From: Octopus vulgaris
Taxonomy: Eukaryota
Direction of reading: 5' to 3'
NCBI GenBank assembly: GCA_951406725.2
Contig: OX597815.1
Span: forward strand, 1,736,001-1,800,000
DNA: 64,000 nt
In this document: one piece after another, positions 14,691 through 29,910 of the stretch
Layout: every line of letters starts with the position of its first letter
Position numbering within the stretch: the stretch's first letter is position 1
Position numbers and translations under genes: made by a program
The notes under the pieces: model-generated
What the model was told of the DNA's origin: nothing
The model's database searches: none
The model's input: the letters and a program-made list of their open reading frames with translations, nothing else

Positions 14691-15037
14691 ACTGTGGTTG
14701 TTTTTCTGAATCTGGAGAGAAATACAAAGGAAACAAATTGTTTCTGTAATGTAGAGGGGGGGGGGAGGCTGTGAATGGTGACCATTGTTAACAGGACATT
14801 GGTGTTGTGTCCTTTGTCAATGGCCGAGGCTGTTGACAGAACTTTCCAGAGACTAATTATAGCTGAAACAATAAAGGAGAAGAAGAAGATGATGACCTGT
14901 GAGGAGGGGGGGGGGGGAGGGTCAGTGGAGGGGCTGGGGAGAAACAAGGGACATCACCATCATCATCATCATCATCACCAGAGTTCTGTGTGTGCACGTG
15001 CGTGCGTGTGTGGTTGCTTTGTAAGCTTGGTCACATT

Positions 15038-15408
15038 ACACACACGCATGCACCTACACATGCACACACACGTGCACAGATGCACACACACACACGCACG
15101 CACATACACGTATGCACACACAGACACACACATGCACACACACACGCACAGATGCACACACACACACGCACGCACATACACGTATGCACACACAGACACA
15201 CACATGCACACACACGTGCACAGATGCACACACACACACGCACGCACATACACGTATGCACACACAGACACACACATGCACACACACACGCACATACACA
15301 CGCGCACATACACGTATGCACACAGACACACACATGCACACACACACGCATATACACACACACACACGCACACACACACACACGCATGCACACACACACG
15401 CACACACA

Positions 15409-15452
<44 letters not shown>

Positions 15453-15490
15453 TGCACACACACACGCATGCACACACACACACACACACA
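15038..15490. repeat. Degenerate CA-rich higher-order repeat
   Basis: Recurrent cacagatgcacacacacacacgcacgcacatacacgtatgcacaca block. Confidence 0.9.
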
Positions 15491-17239
15491 TTTCCCTCAA
15501 CCCCGTAACAATGAAGGGAACTGCTGCAAGATCCGATTGACCTTCCCAAAATAAAAAGCAGTCTTGTCTCTCGAACCACAAAAGTCAGTCTTGAAAAAAA
15601 AAAAAAAGGAAGGATACACAGGGTAACCTGACCCTAGGTCAGAACCAGTGCTTATCAACCAGGGTCCTTTTGGCGTCCATATATTGCTTGTACTCCTACA
15701 ACCCACAAAATATTTTAAACAATCTTTTTCATCGTTTGACAGTGAAACACTGAATCGTTTGACATCAATGTCCACAGAAGTAGAGTCTGTCTGTTACACA
15801 TGGTTTGATGTGGAGAAAGATTACGAAAGGGCAAAGGATGGACGATCAGTGTTGGATGTATGTTTGGGGGTAGAAGTGACTGTAAGAACACGATGTACAG
15901 AAGGAGGAATTTCGGGTGGGGGTGGGCAGGTGGCTAACGGAACTGCAGTAGACACGAGTTGATAGAATGTGGGTGAAAAAAGGCTTTACAAGTAACTTCC
16001 TTCTCGAAGACCAGTTCTAACAACAGATGACATCACCTTTCATTGCAACACAACACTGCACACATACACACACACACACACAAACACATACAGACAAAAA
16101 CACACACACAAACACACCCTCTGATGTCATCAACTTAAAAACCCCTTCATGACAAACTTGTTCTTTAACAGAGAACTTGAAACTATTTGCCAATGGAGAG
16201 AGTGTAACCTAGAATTCTTCTTCTACCTCCTCCTCCTCTTCATCCACTTTTCTATACTGGCGTGGGTTGAACAAGATTTATTGAGGCAGATTTTCTACAG
16301 CTGGATGCCCTTCCTGTTGCTAACCCTCACCTGTTACCAAACACGGAAAGACATCCCACAAGGCCAGCTGGAAATACATGACATTCATTTATAACAATCA
16401 CACAATATCAAGTCAAAGAGACACAAGTACAGATACCTGTGCAGATATATATCACCATCATCATCATTGTCATTAGCACCACCCCCATCATCATCCCACC
16501 CTCGCCATCATCGTCATTAGCACCACCACCACCACCACCACCACCACCACCACCACCACCACCACCACCACTATCATCATCATCACCCCCCCCCCCACCA
16601 TCATCGTCATTAGCATCCCCACCCCCACCATCATCATCCCCCACCACCACCATCATCGTCAGTAGCACCACCACCACCACCACCATCATCAAGCATCTGT
16701 TGTCCATGCTGGCATGGGTTGGACAGTTTGACTGGACTGGCATGCTGGAAAGCTGCACCAGGTTCAAGTCTTATTCGTCATGGTTTTCTATGGCTGGATG
16801 CCCTTCCTAATGCCAACCCCTCCAGGAGGGTAATGAGTGCTTTTATGTGCCACCGGCCCATCCACTCACAAGGCTTTGGGTCAGCTTGAGGCTGTAGTAG
16901 AAAACACTTGCTCAAGATGCCATGCAGTGGGACTGAACTTGGAGACATAAGGTTGGCAAGCAAACTCCTTCACCACACAACCACGTATATTAATTATAAA
17001 AGCTTGTTACATGACACACTAATTTTTTTATGTAGAACAAAACTCTCCTCAGAGTATCAGCCGCCCCAGCCTTACCTACCAGAAAGCTTTATCAAAACTA
17101 TGAACATTCCCTCCTCACCACAAAAGCAAAACAGACCAACTGAAATATTTCCCTACAACAAGAAATTCTGCTTCTCTCAACACGCAACCTCTCTTCACGT
17201 CCATTCAAAGCAGCCACCTCTCCTCATTGTTCTCTCTCT

Positions 17240-17633
17240 CTTTTACTCTTTTACTTGTTTCAGTCATTTGACTGTGGCCATGCTGGAGCACCGCCTTTTA
17301 ATCGACAACTCGACCCCGGGACTTATTCTTTTGTAAGCCCAGTACTTATTCTATCGGTCTCTTTTTGCCGAACCGCTAAGTAACGGGGACATAAACACAC
17401 CAGCATCGGTCGTCAAGCAATGCTAGGGGGACAAACACAGACATACAAATACACACACGCACATATATATACGTATATACGACGGGCTTCTTTCAGTTTC
17501 CGTCTACCAAATCCACTCACAAGGCTTTGGTCGGCCCGAGGCTATAGTAGAAGACACTTGCCCAGGGTGCCACGCAGTGGGACTGAACCCGGAACCATGT
17601 GGTTGGTAGACAAGCTACTTACCACACAGCCAC
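17240..17633 (-). mobile_element. tRNA-derived SINE family A, near full length (reverse)
   Basis: Reverse complement of the 59671-60087 consensus; other - copies at about 30250-30710, 62090-62415 and 63040-63370. Confidence 0.8.
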
Positions 17634-18079
17634 TTGTGTAAAGTTCTGCCTCAAACTTTACACAAAGCTGTTTGTACAATCCTTTGTTCCCAAACATACA
17701 ATCCTCTGGAAATCCCTTCTTATTCCTCACCTTTTTTGGTACCAAAACACAAATGCTCAAATTCCACGATTTTATGAAACATCAACGATTATGGAATATC
17801 TTTTGGATTCTTTGGATTAAACAGATTCTAAAGAATAATTAAAAAGTTTTCATAGATTCATTGATTGGCACCACTGGATGGTTAAATGCTAATGGTTTAC
17901 AGACAACCTGACGAGGAGAATATGTGTGGGTTTTGGCAAGTCCAAAGGGAGATGGGACCCTAACAAGGTTGGAAACTAGACAGTCATAGTATTATGATAA
18001 GGGCTTATTGCGAGGGGGAGCGAGAAATCTAATGTCTTTGAATCTTGGTGTGTGTGTGTGAAAGATAGATAGACAGATA

Positions 18080-18111
<32 letters not shown>

Positions 18112-18128
18112 TAGATAGAGAGAGAGAA

Positions 18129-18159
<31 letters not shown>

Positions 18160-20519
18160 TAGATAGATAGATAGATAGATAGAGAGAGAAGTATTGTTGC
18201 TGGTTTATAGATGCAACTATGTTGAAATGATTCTCTTTTAAGTGTGAGACTCCCATGTTCTTTGAAGCTGGCAGAATTGTTAGTATGCTGGGCAAAAAGC
18301 TTAGCAGCATTTCATCTGCCGTTATGTTCCGAGTTCAAATTCCACCGAGGTCAACTTTGCCTTTCATCCTTTCGGGATCGATAAAACGAGTACCAGATTT
18401 CATGCCTTGTGGTCATTTAGTCAGGCAGTGAACTGATAGAACCATTAGCAGACTGGGAAGAACACTTAACAGCACTTTGTTCAAATGCCGCCGAGGTGGA
18501 CTTTGCTTTTCATCCTTTCAGAGTTCATGATCATCATTGTTTAACGTCCACTTTCCATGCTGGCATGGGTTGGATAGTTCAACTGAAAACTGATAAACCA
18601 GGGAACTGTACCAGGTTCCAATCTGATTAAGCAAGGTTTCTACAGCTGGATGCCCTTCCTAATGCCAACCACTCCGAGAGTGCAGTGGGTGCTTTATACA
18701 TGCCACTGGCACGGGTGCCATTGACCTGACACTGGCCACAATTACGATTTTACTCGGTTTGACAGCTCTTCCCAGGTACAGCATATCACCCAATGATTGA
18801 AGTGTGCTTTTAATGGGCCAGTTGTGACACTGGCTTCGGCCACAACTACTGATCTTACGTGGCTTGACGGGTTGATAAAATAAAATAACCAGCTGAGTAC
18901 CAGAGTCCATATAATTGATTTAGGGTCTCCTACTCCCCCCCTCCCTGAAATTGCTGGCCTTGTGTCAAAATTTGAAACCAGTATTTTGGCATTTTGTTAA
19001 ATGCAAAGAGAATGTTAGATCTGCCTCAACCACAAACAAGATTTCACGTTCTTTCCGCACTTCTGAAATACCAGAATCATCTCCATTGCTATGCTTTATC
19101 TGAATAAAATAAGCAACAGGCAGCAGAGTCCGATGGAACGGTGCCAAAAACGGTTTGTTGAAGAATTGAATGGCTTCGTTAAACAGATGGCCATTGTTGT
19201 GTTGAGATGTCAGACGAACTGCCGAAGATATATTCCAAGAAACAAGTTACAAACATTATACCATTATTATGAAATATCAAATCATGCAAAAAAAGGCCGA
19301 GAAATATTACAAACAACTACTTTTGTACTTAATTAGTCACGTTTGCACTTAAACTGGGATGGTAAAAACTGATATTACTACATTCAAACTAATTACTAAG
19401 ATGTAGTAGTAGTAGTAGTAAATATTGTTAAATGTTAGGGGACAAAGTGAGAGAGAGAAGTGGCCAGTTAATACAGTGATTAGCTACAGTAACAACTGAT
19501 TGCTGAGGATAACAGCTAAGCTGCCCCAAATTGTTACAATGGCATTTCTGTTGAAAGATTGTCATTTTTGTGATATGGAAATGGAGTAATGGCTTAATTA
19601 GCCAAGTTATTTTGGACAATTACATCATCTTTCAAGGATCTGGAGCACGGTTGTAAGGAAGTTAGTGGTTAATATTCATGGCACCTTGAGCGAGTGTTTC
19701 TACTTTGATACAGCCCTAGTTTGGCCAAAAGCCTTGTGAGTGGATTCAGGAAACAGAAACTGTAAGGAGCCCTTGTTTACACACACACACACAGATCAAA
19801 AGCAAATCAAGATCAAAATGGAAATTGTAGGTTGTGGCCAATGCCAGTGCCGCTTGACTGGCACTTGTGCTGGTGGCACGTAATAAGCACCACTCGAGTA
19901 ATAAGCGCTATTCAAGCATGGGTTGATGTCAGGGCTGCCTGACTGGCTCTCTGTGCCGGTGGCATATAAAAAGGACCATCTGAACATGGTTAATGCCAGC
20001 CCCGCACCACCCAACTGGCCCCTGTGCCGCCTGACTGCTCCCATGCTGGTGACATGTAAAAAGCACCCACTACACTCTTGGAATGGTTAGTGTTAGGGAA
20101 GGCATCCAGCTGTAGAAACCTTGCCAAATCAGATTGGAGCCCGGTGCAGCTTCCTGTCTTGCCAACCCCCAGTGAAACTGTGCAACCTTTACCAGCATAG
20201 AAAGCAGACATTAAACGATTATGATGATGATGATAAGGAGATATATATATATATAAATGATTAAGATGGCTATTTGCAATTTGCAACCAAAAGGCAAGAA
20301 GTCTAGCCATCATTAAAGTGACGGAAGGTGCTTGTGAGCACCAGTCTTGCTAGAAACAACTCTTAGCCACATGAGACACTTTTCTAATGACTGACAAAGG
20401 AGACGAACACCATCCCTACGGCAAGCAAGATGGAGTCATATCAGCACTGATTTCAGATTTGATTAATCTTCACCGGTGATCCATTACTTTGTCACCAAAT
20501 GTTAAAGAACTTAACTCAC

Positions 20520-20732
20520 CATGTCAGTTTGATAGAGGAAACCATAGAAACATTGACCAATTCCAGAAATGGTGAAGTGAGAATTATATATTTCTAGCAA
20601 TGCACCACGGCGTTGCCTGGGTGTTATGACTGACAGATACATTGTATTATTTGTTCCTTTCTTATGGGCAGAATCGGCACACGAGGAGTATGAAGCAAAC
20701 AGCTCTTCCTTATAAACATGTTTTTTGGTCAT
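20520..20732 (-). CDS. Candidate alternative first exon of PDE3 (MTKKH...; internal ATG at 20642 gives MYLSVITPRQRRGALLEIY...QTDM)
   Basis: ATG-initiated ORF in non-repeat sequence ending ATG|gtgagt, phase 0. Confidence 0.45.
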
Positions 20733-23700
20733 TTTCTGATGAAGAACACTGCAGTTTCTGTCTACTAGATTCAGTCACAAGTCTGTGGTTGGCCTAGGGC
20801 TATAGTAGAAAACACTTGCCCAAGGTACCATGCAGGGGTACTGAATGTGGAACCATGTGGTTGGGAAGCAAACCTGTCAACCACACAGTCATTCTTGCAC
20901 CTAATATGTGTGTGTGTTTATGTTTGTTGTTAAATTGAGTATTGTGTCCCACTCTGTCTCATAGTTAGCAGTTCATCAAGCAGAGATCTATAAAATAAAT
21001 GCCAGATTGAAATATGTACTGAGGTCAGTGTGATTGATTAAATTTTCGAAGGTGATGCCCCATCATGGCGACAGTCGAAAGACTAAACCCAGTAAAATAA
21101 TGTTTAAAGACTTAATGGCTTTGAATTTAAGGTAATGGATTAGTAACCACAAGGTAATGAGTTGAAAACTTCATATTGAAGTTCCACTCTGTACGATAAC
21201 CATACATGCACATCTCGGACTCATTGGCTTTCTTTTAAAATTATTGGGCAAAATATTGTGAGAAAAATTACTTTTTTCACCACAGCAAAACACACACACA
21301 GATGCCTCCCTTAGCTAAAGATCTCGAAATTGCGTGACTCGACCTCAGTTTTGAGGTTATTTTTGTAGTAAAAAAAAACAGTTGTTGTGCAAAACACATT
21401 CTTTGTTTGGTAACCGAAAGATTACGGAGTCTTTTGTACCTCAGTTTTCAAATCCATAAGGAACACACACACACACACACACACACACACTGTTTTATAT
21501 ATTAAGATTAGGGTGGCTATTTGCAATTTACAACCAATACACACACACACATGTACACACGTACACGTGTATGTGTGTGTGTATAAGAAGTTGATATCCC
21601 ACCCTATACTTTTGGGTTCATACCCTCAGTATGGAACCCCGAACAACCGTCTTCTACTTTGTCTGCAGGCTGGCAAAAGGCCTGGGGAGTGGATTTGGTG
21701 GTGTGTCTAAGGTGAGGCGGCTAAAGTGAATCTCCAGATTTAGAACGGTTAAAGAGCAAGCCTGAGATGGAGTGGCATGGGAGGAAGGTTTAGAAAGCAT
21801 TGAACTGTTGTGTTCTGAATACTGTATACCAGTGATTAAATGGGGTTTGCCATTCCATGTCTGACAGTAAAACATTTATGAAAGTCTTGAATCATTCTGA
21901 ACATTAGTTCTTGATCCTTTCCTTACATTTTAGCATTTTTCTAAAGACATATCGTCTCTTCCCAACAGCTCAGCCTCTCATGCCAAGAATAAAGTGAAGA
22001 CATAGCAGTAGGACAATGGACAACTGACAAACTGGAGGAATCTTAAAGCAATGGCTTGAAGGTTGCTGCAGCCAAGCCACGAGTCTAAAACTCCTCCACT
22101 TTGTTGGTTTTCCAATATTTGGCTGCTGCTGCTGTCTTCACCGAGGCTAAGTGATTGCAAGGGCTCGCCTAAGGTGCCACCCTAGCCTACAGACCAAACG
22201 AGCAACAGACTCTCCTCTTTATGGTCTGTCATTGATGTGCTGCACTGCAATGTAATTAGTAAAACCACAGTTAACGAGTACAATTAGTAATCACACACGT
22301 ATACAATAGGCTTCGGCACAATCTCCATCGACCGGAATTTCACTGACAAGGCACTGGTCCACCAGAGATTGTAGTGGGAGGCGATTGCAGTTGTAGAAGG
22401 AGCTGCTGGGTGGAGCTGAACCAAGGACTGCATGGAGCTGGAAATCAAACTTCTTAGTTTGGCAGTGAAACCTGTGCCAACTCCATTAAAGAAGAAAGAA
22501 AAGCTAATCCCCCTCCCCCCCACCATTTACATCGTTTCTTATTGATGTCCCAACAACTGGAGGACAATAACGAAGTCCCGCAAGGAGGAGGAGGGGGGAG
22601 CATTGGCCAATAAACGGCTGTTCTTTAATCAGCGGTGCATGTTGTGGGATTAAATTTCTAAATGACGCATATCAGACTATTTTCATTTAATTAATGTTTA
22701 AGTAATTGTGTGTTGACGAACAGACAAAAACACGGTTTGTGACTGTCATCCAGTGCCTGCAGTTCTGAACAGGATTTATCACTTGACATCAATTGAAGTT
22801 GCCTTGAAGGTCTAGTGGACATATTAATCAATGATGACGTCAGCAGACTTGCAAGCGAACAATTACTTGAGGAAGAAACTGAAGACTTTGGAGGTCAAGC
22901 AACGTTTCAAAGTTTCTATCTCAACAGTTTGTCATTAAAACATGACCATCACTGCAGACAACATGTGAAACGGCAAGATGGAATAGTTTGCAGTTATTAT
23001 TTAAGAGAAATGAAAAAGGAAAAAAAATTCCATTTATGGTAAGAAGTTTGCTTTCCAACCGCATGGTTCCAGGTGCAGTCTCACTGTGTGACACTTTGGG
23101 TAAGTGTCCTCTACTATATCCTTGGGCTGACCAAAGCCTTGTCAGTGGATTTGGTAGAAGGAAACTGGAAGAAGCCTACCATATACATATATGTGTCTGT
23201 GAGGGTGGCGAGCTGGCAGAAATGTTAGCACGCTGGGTGAAATGCTTAGCAGTATTTCATCTGTTGTTACGTTTTGACTTCAAATTCCGCCAAGATTGAC
23301 TTAGCCTTTCATCCTTTTGGGGTCGATTAAATAAGTACCAGTTATGCACTGGGGTCGATGTAATTGACTTAACCCCTTTGTCTGTCCTTGTTTGTCCTCT
23401 CTGTGTTTAGCCCTCTGTGGGCAATAAAGAAATAGATATATATCTGTGAGTCTGTCCTCCAACCACCACCACTGCTTGACAACCAGTGTTGGTGTGTTTA
23501 CATCCCTATCATTTAGCACTTTGGCAAAAAGTGACCAATAGAATAAGCTGGGGCTGACTCGTTGGATGAAAATCTTTCAAGGTGGTGCCCCAGCATGGTC
23601 ACAGTCTAATGACTGAACCAAGTAAAAGATTCCATTTAACAGGCTAAAGGTTGGCACCACTTCTACCATTCCACCCATTGATGCTGCCAGCCTCTTCAAC

Positions 23701-24772
23701 CCCAGGTTGTGGTCTTCTATAACAATGCAGAGCAAACACTGTCCTAATTTCAATGAACCATCTTTGTGTCCAATGACCACACAGGGCCACATACTCTGCC
23801 CTCTACATTTCTCCTGCTAGCAGCAACTATTAAATAATCAACAAAAATGTTAGACCTGACCTAAGCAATTTTCGGGCGTTGGACCTCACGAAGGCAAAGT
23901 GGCCAGTGCTGGTGGCACATGGAAAGCTCCTTCTGAGTGTTGACCGAGACTTTTGGCATTATGTGGTGCTTGAGAAGAAGACCCAGCAAGCTAAGTAAAA
24001 CCGCAGAAGTGGCAGACACTGGTGTCACGCAAATTGCACCCATGCTGGTGGCATGTAAAAGCACCCACTACACTCTCGAAGTGGTTGGCATTAGGAAGGG
24101 CATCCAGATGTAGAAACCATGTCAGATCAGACTGGAGTCTGGTTGGTGCAGCCTTCCAGCTTGCCAGCTCTGCTCAAACTGTCTAACCTTTGCCAGCAGG
24201 GACAATGGATATTAAATGATGATGATGAAATTGTTGTGCCTTTGAGTGAAACAATTGTTTTATGTAAAGATGATGGAATGATATTATGCTGAAGCAGAGA
24301 ATGGAAGTTGAATGACGAATGTAGGAGGAGCCAGGTGCCATCTGTGCAGGATGTGTGAGACCACAGATTGATATTTGGTTAAATCTAAAGTGTGGATCCA
24401 CACTGAATAGAAGATGGATGGGTGGGGGTGGGGTGCAGGGCAAAAATGATGAGATTACTTCAAGAAAAAAAGAAAATGTCAATAGGTGCAGGCATGGCTG
24501 TGTGGTAAGAAGCTTGTTTACCAGCCACATGGTTCCGGGTTCAGTCCCACTGCATGGCAACTCGAGCAAGTGTCAACTACTATATCCTTGGGCCAACCAA
24601 AGCCTTGTGAGTGGATCTGGTAAACAACTGAAAAGTTGTGTATGTATATATAATAAGAGTAGAAAATTTGAAGAAATTTTCCACTGGTGGCCAGCATGCG
24701 TAATAAATTCATTAGACAATATATCTTTCATATAAAATAGTGTACGTATTTATACACAAAAGAGCACATGTA

Positions 24773-24823
<51 letters not shown>

Positions 24824-24852
24824 ATATATATAATATATATATATATATATAT

Positions 24853-25440
<588 letters not shown>

Positions 25441-25453
25441 ATATATAACTTTT

Positions 25454-25488
<35 letters not shown>

Positions 25489-26959
25489 CCTTAAAATCCT
25501 TAGCCCGAAGTCCGCGGCCATGCTGGGGCACCACCGCTGTTCTTTTTTGAAAAGGGGAGAATTCACGAAAAAAAAAAGATGAAGAAAACAAACAGATGTA
25601 TTAGTATAACGCTTGGGAATTGAAAAAGTCTTTTACGTTTTGAGCCAATGCTCTTCTATAGAAAGGGACACAGAAAAAACAAGGAGAGAAAAAAAATGTG
25701 TGTAGTGGCTAACGATCTATCATGGCGACGTATATATATATATATACATAAAATTATAATTTAGGGTATCTAAGAGATACCACCACACTGGAAATAGCAG
25801 TCAAAACTTGACTCTAAAACCACATTAAATGTTCATACAGCACCAGGAGAGAAGACAAAATTTAGGGTATCTAAGAGATACCCTAAATTATAATTTTAAA
25901 TAATTATTACCTTTGAAGGTTTTTATTCCCATGCTGGGCACCTGATAAAATCGGTATTTAAATATTGATCTTATCCTATATTGATCTTATCCTAGTTGTC
26001 ACCCAACCTGTTAATTAAATTAGCATGCTGATTTAATTAGCAGGTAATTAGCACGGTGTAGTAATAATAATGAGGACGGTTTCAAATTCTGGCACGAGGC
26101 CAGCATGTTTGGGGGAGGGGTTACATTGACCCCAGTGTTCAACTGGTATTTATACCTGGATTCCATATTCTTTCATGACATCTAAAATGGTAGAGTCAGA
26201 TCACCAGACCGCATTTGGTCAAGTAGTTAGCTCTAGACAAGTCATATATCACCTGTTGTCTTGCAATAAACAGGCTCCATTTTTGGTACACAGAGGTGTT
26301 TGCTGAAATTTCAACCATTACAAGAACGTATGAAATTGGAATGTGTGATAGAGAAACCTTTCAAGTCGCTTCTTCTGATAATCTAAACAAACCTTTCTAG
26401 GGACTGACTTCTCATTTGGTTAAATTCTGTTTCAGTAAAGAATATTTCTAGAATTTCTCACAATTTGAACAATTTAAGGTTTTATGCCAAACCTTCACTT
26501 ACCAGAACTGACCCCCCCCCACTAAATTAAGACACTAGAAATCATAAAAAGATTACAAAAATACTATCATAATTATTGTCTTAACATCCACTTCTCCATG
26601 TTTCAAGGGGTCAAACAAAATTTGCTGTGATTGATTTCTACAGCTGGATACCTTTCCTGTTGCTAACCCTCACCTGCTTCCAACCAAGGTAATATTTCCC
26701 CTCCAGGGCCAGGTATGTTAATGCTGGATAATGGAAAAGATTGTCACTGTTTGTGTCAGTGGCAATTACTTTAATACTACCACACGATGTCAAGATGAGG
26801 AGAAACAAACATACACACAAACACATGTCTATATACGACAGGCTTCTTTCAGTTTCCGTCTACCGCATCCACTCACAAGGCTTTGGTCAGCTTGGGGCTA
26901 TAGAAAAAGACACATGCTCAAGGTGCCACGCAATGAGGCTGGGAAGCAAGCTTCTTTAT

Positions 26960-26990
<31 letters not shown>

Positions 26991-27500
26991 AAAGTTGTAA
27001 AATAAAATTTAGCCAAAAGGCTGAATTGAGAGATTAACGAATTGTTTTTGTTTGTTTGTTTTAAGAGAGATCTTCGTTGTCTTTTGAATACAGAAGGAAT
27101 TTATTATTTCCTGCTAGAAATCTTCAACACGCAGGTTCCAACACAAGATGGCAGAAAAGAAAAGAAAGAAAGAAAAAAAACGAGTTGAGGTTTGATGTAC
27201 TCTAGTCTGCAGACTGCGATGGTTTTACTAAGCCACACTCTCATCATGATGAGAATATCTAATTCAGAGATGAATGATGAGTTCTAACCGTATTCTGTGC
27301 TGTGTCTTGGCTTCCCCTTTATTTAGCACAAGTGTAGAACTGTGGCCGGAAGTGAGGTCAGAGAAATAATTTGATAATTAAAGTTAGATTGTATTATCTA
27401 TTTTGCTGTTTAGGGTGAGTCATTTTATTCTCACAAGCCAAACAGGAACAGAAACAGAGGGGTGGGGAGTGGAAGAGAGAGTGAGAGAGAGAGAGAGAGA

Positions 27501-27531
<31 letters not shown>

Positions 27532-29063
27532 GAACAGACAAAGCAATATGCAAAAAAAAAAAAAAAAAAGAAGCTGTTTGGAAAGCAAATGTAGTTTTAG
27601 GGGATGTTCTGAGACAGATAACAAATATCTGCTAATTTTCTGTTAAAATATTAATATCACCCGAAAAACTGAAGAAATATTTGAAAGAAAAGAAGCCCAC
27701 CTGATGCGACAGGTGAAAAACATTCACTTTAAAATGCACCAATGAACCAACTTATCTGTAGTGTTTCCATGTTTATGATGATGATGATAATAATAATGAT
27801 GACCAATCCATCTACACAGGAATTATTGATGTTTAGCCCCAGACAACCCTGATTGAGTAAGCCTACGACGAAAGACAATCCAGATGTGACTGTTTCAAAT
27901 TTGTTTTGGATGTCCAGAATTACATTTTCTCATATTTTCTTCCAGCTTTCAGCCCTTTTGATGCCGATCCATCAAGAAATGCCCCTGAATCTATGATAGA
28001 AGCTGCTCGTTCTAAAACAAGCAATTAAAATTTTACGTTAATTATGTTGCAAACATCAGCTGAAGAACGACAATGTATTTTTCTAAGTTCTTAGTAATTT
28101 CCAAAATTAACTGAAACAAAGGCAGTGCATTTCATGAAAGGGTTAATTCGGCTATTATTTCTAGCAGGTTATTGGGCCACATAGAGGTTCTTTAAATAGC
28201 TTTTTGTTATGAAGAGACAAAAATAAAAAAAACAGCGTGACAAACTGGTGAGTTGATGAAGTTGATGAATTTAGACTCAATAAACGTTAATTAGAATAAA
28301 ATGACCTTTTAAGGGAATCAACCGACTGGAATGGCTTGGTGACCGTTTCTCACAAGGATGCCAACCAGGCAGAGCAACAAACTTGACCACCAGGAAAACA
28401 AGGCATCACCAGTACTTTAATGAATCAAAATTCCGATCCGCTTGCAGAAAAACCTATAGATACATTGGATTCCAAAACACACTGTTACAAGTGAAAGTTC
28501 CTACACACGACAGAAAGAAGAACAGAGAAATTGTAAACCAAATCCCTTTTTTACTATCTTCATTTCTCCCTTGTTTTTCTCCCTCTTAACTCAGTATGAC
28601 TGAAACTTTGATGATATTTCTTGTCGTCCACGACTAACACTATTGAATTTCCTACATTTAAACAAGTTGCTCAACAGTTTTTATATTATTGACTGTTATG
28701 AACATTTTAAACTTGTCAACATTGAAAGTTTTAAACATGTTTTTCTAATTCATAAGTCTAAATTCTTTACCATTGATAAACAAAAGATATTGTTGAGACT
28801 AGTTTGGTATAAATGTAAATAAATGTATTTTAAACAATTACGAGTTTTTCAAATTTAGGTGCATTTTCAACAACACATTTGCCTATGTATGTATGTATAT
28901 ATATATATATATATATGTATATAAGGATAAGCATATTAAAAGGGGTCTGTGGGAAAACTCATTTAAATAAAAGGGTTGGGAACCACTGCATTACATAGTG
29001 CCCAGGGCAGGCCTTTTGTATATAAAAGTAGTGGGGTTGATTCATTTGACAAAAAAATTGGTC

Positions 29064-29910
29064 AAGCTGGACTTAAGAAGCATCAGATGTGGTGTGCAAG
29101 AGAGACGACTGCGCTGGTATGGACATGTGGTGTGAATGGATGAGGACAGCTGTGTGAAAAAGAGTCACACCCTAGCAGTTGAGGGAATCTGTGGAGGAGG
29201 TAGACCCAGGAAGACTTGGGATGAGGTGGTGAAGCACAACCTTTGAACATTGGGCCTCACCGAGGCAATGACTAGTGACCAAGACCTTTGGAAATATGCT
29301 GTACATGAGAAGACCTGGCAAACCAAGTGAGACCATAAGCTGTGGCCTATGCATACCTTTCTTCCGTTGGACACTAAACTTTGCTTGCAAAGACCTGTTG
29401 AGGCAAGTGAAATCACAATCAAAATAAAATTTGCTGATGTGACCGATGACAGCACCACCTGACAGGCACCCATGCCAGCGGTACATTAAAAGCCTCATCC
29501 GAACGTGATTGTTGCCAGGGCCACTGACTGGCTCTCGTGCTGGTGGCATATAAAAAGCACCATTCGAGTATGATTGTTACCAGAGTCGCCTTATTGGCAC
29601 TTGTGCCAGTGGCATGTTGAAAACAACATTTGAGCAAGGTCGTTACCAGTGCCCTGTGCAGGTGGCACATAAAAAACACCATTTGAGCGTGGCTGTCACT
29701 AGAACAGCCTGACTGGCCCACCTGCCGGTGATACATAAAGGCAGCCACTACACTCTCGGAGTGGTTGGCATTAGGAAGGGCATCCAGCTGTAGAAACTCT
29801 GCCAGATCATGGCTCCAGCCTGGTGTAGCCATGTGGATCACCAGTCCTCGGTCAAACCGTCCAACCCATGCCAGCATGGAAAGCAGACATTAAACGATGA
29901 TGATGATGAT
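29064..29910 (+). mobile_element. 5'-truncated RTE-clade LINE (ORF C-terminus, long 3' UTR, (GAT)n tail)
   Basis: Translates KLDLRSIRCGVQERRLRWYGHVV*MDEDSCVKK..VEGICGGGRPRKTWDEVVKHNL*, with the RTE signatures RLRWYGHV and GRPRKTW; in-frame stops present; ends ccatgccagcatgg...aaacgatgatgat. Confidence 0.85.

Noticed and set aside
14003-14947. Formin-like poly-Pro, His-rich and Val-rich ORFs of 215-314 aa
   Set aside because: Explained entirely by the triplet-phased minisatellite; no synonymous variation between units and no convincing splice sites.
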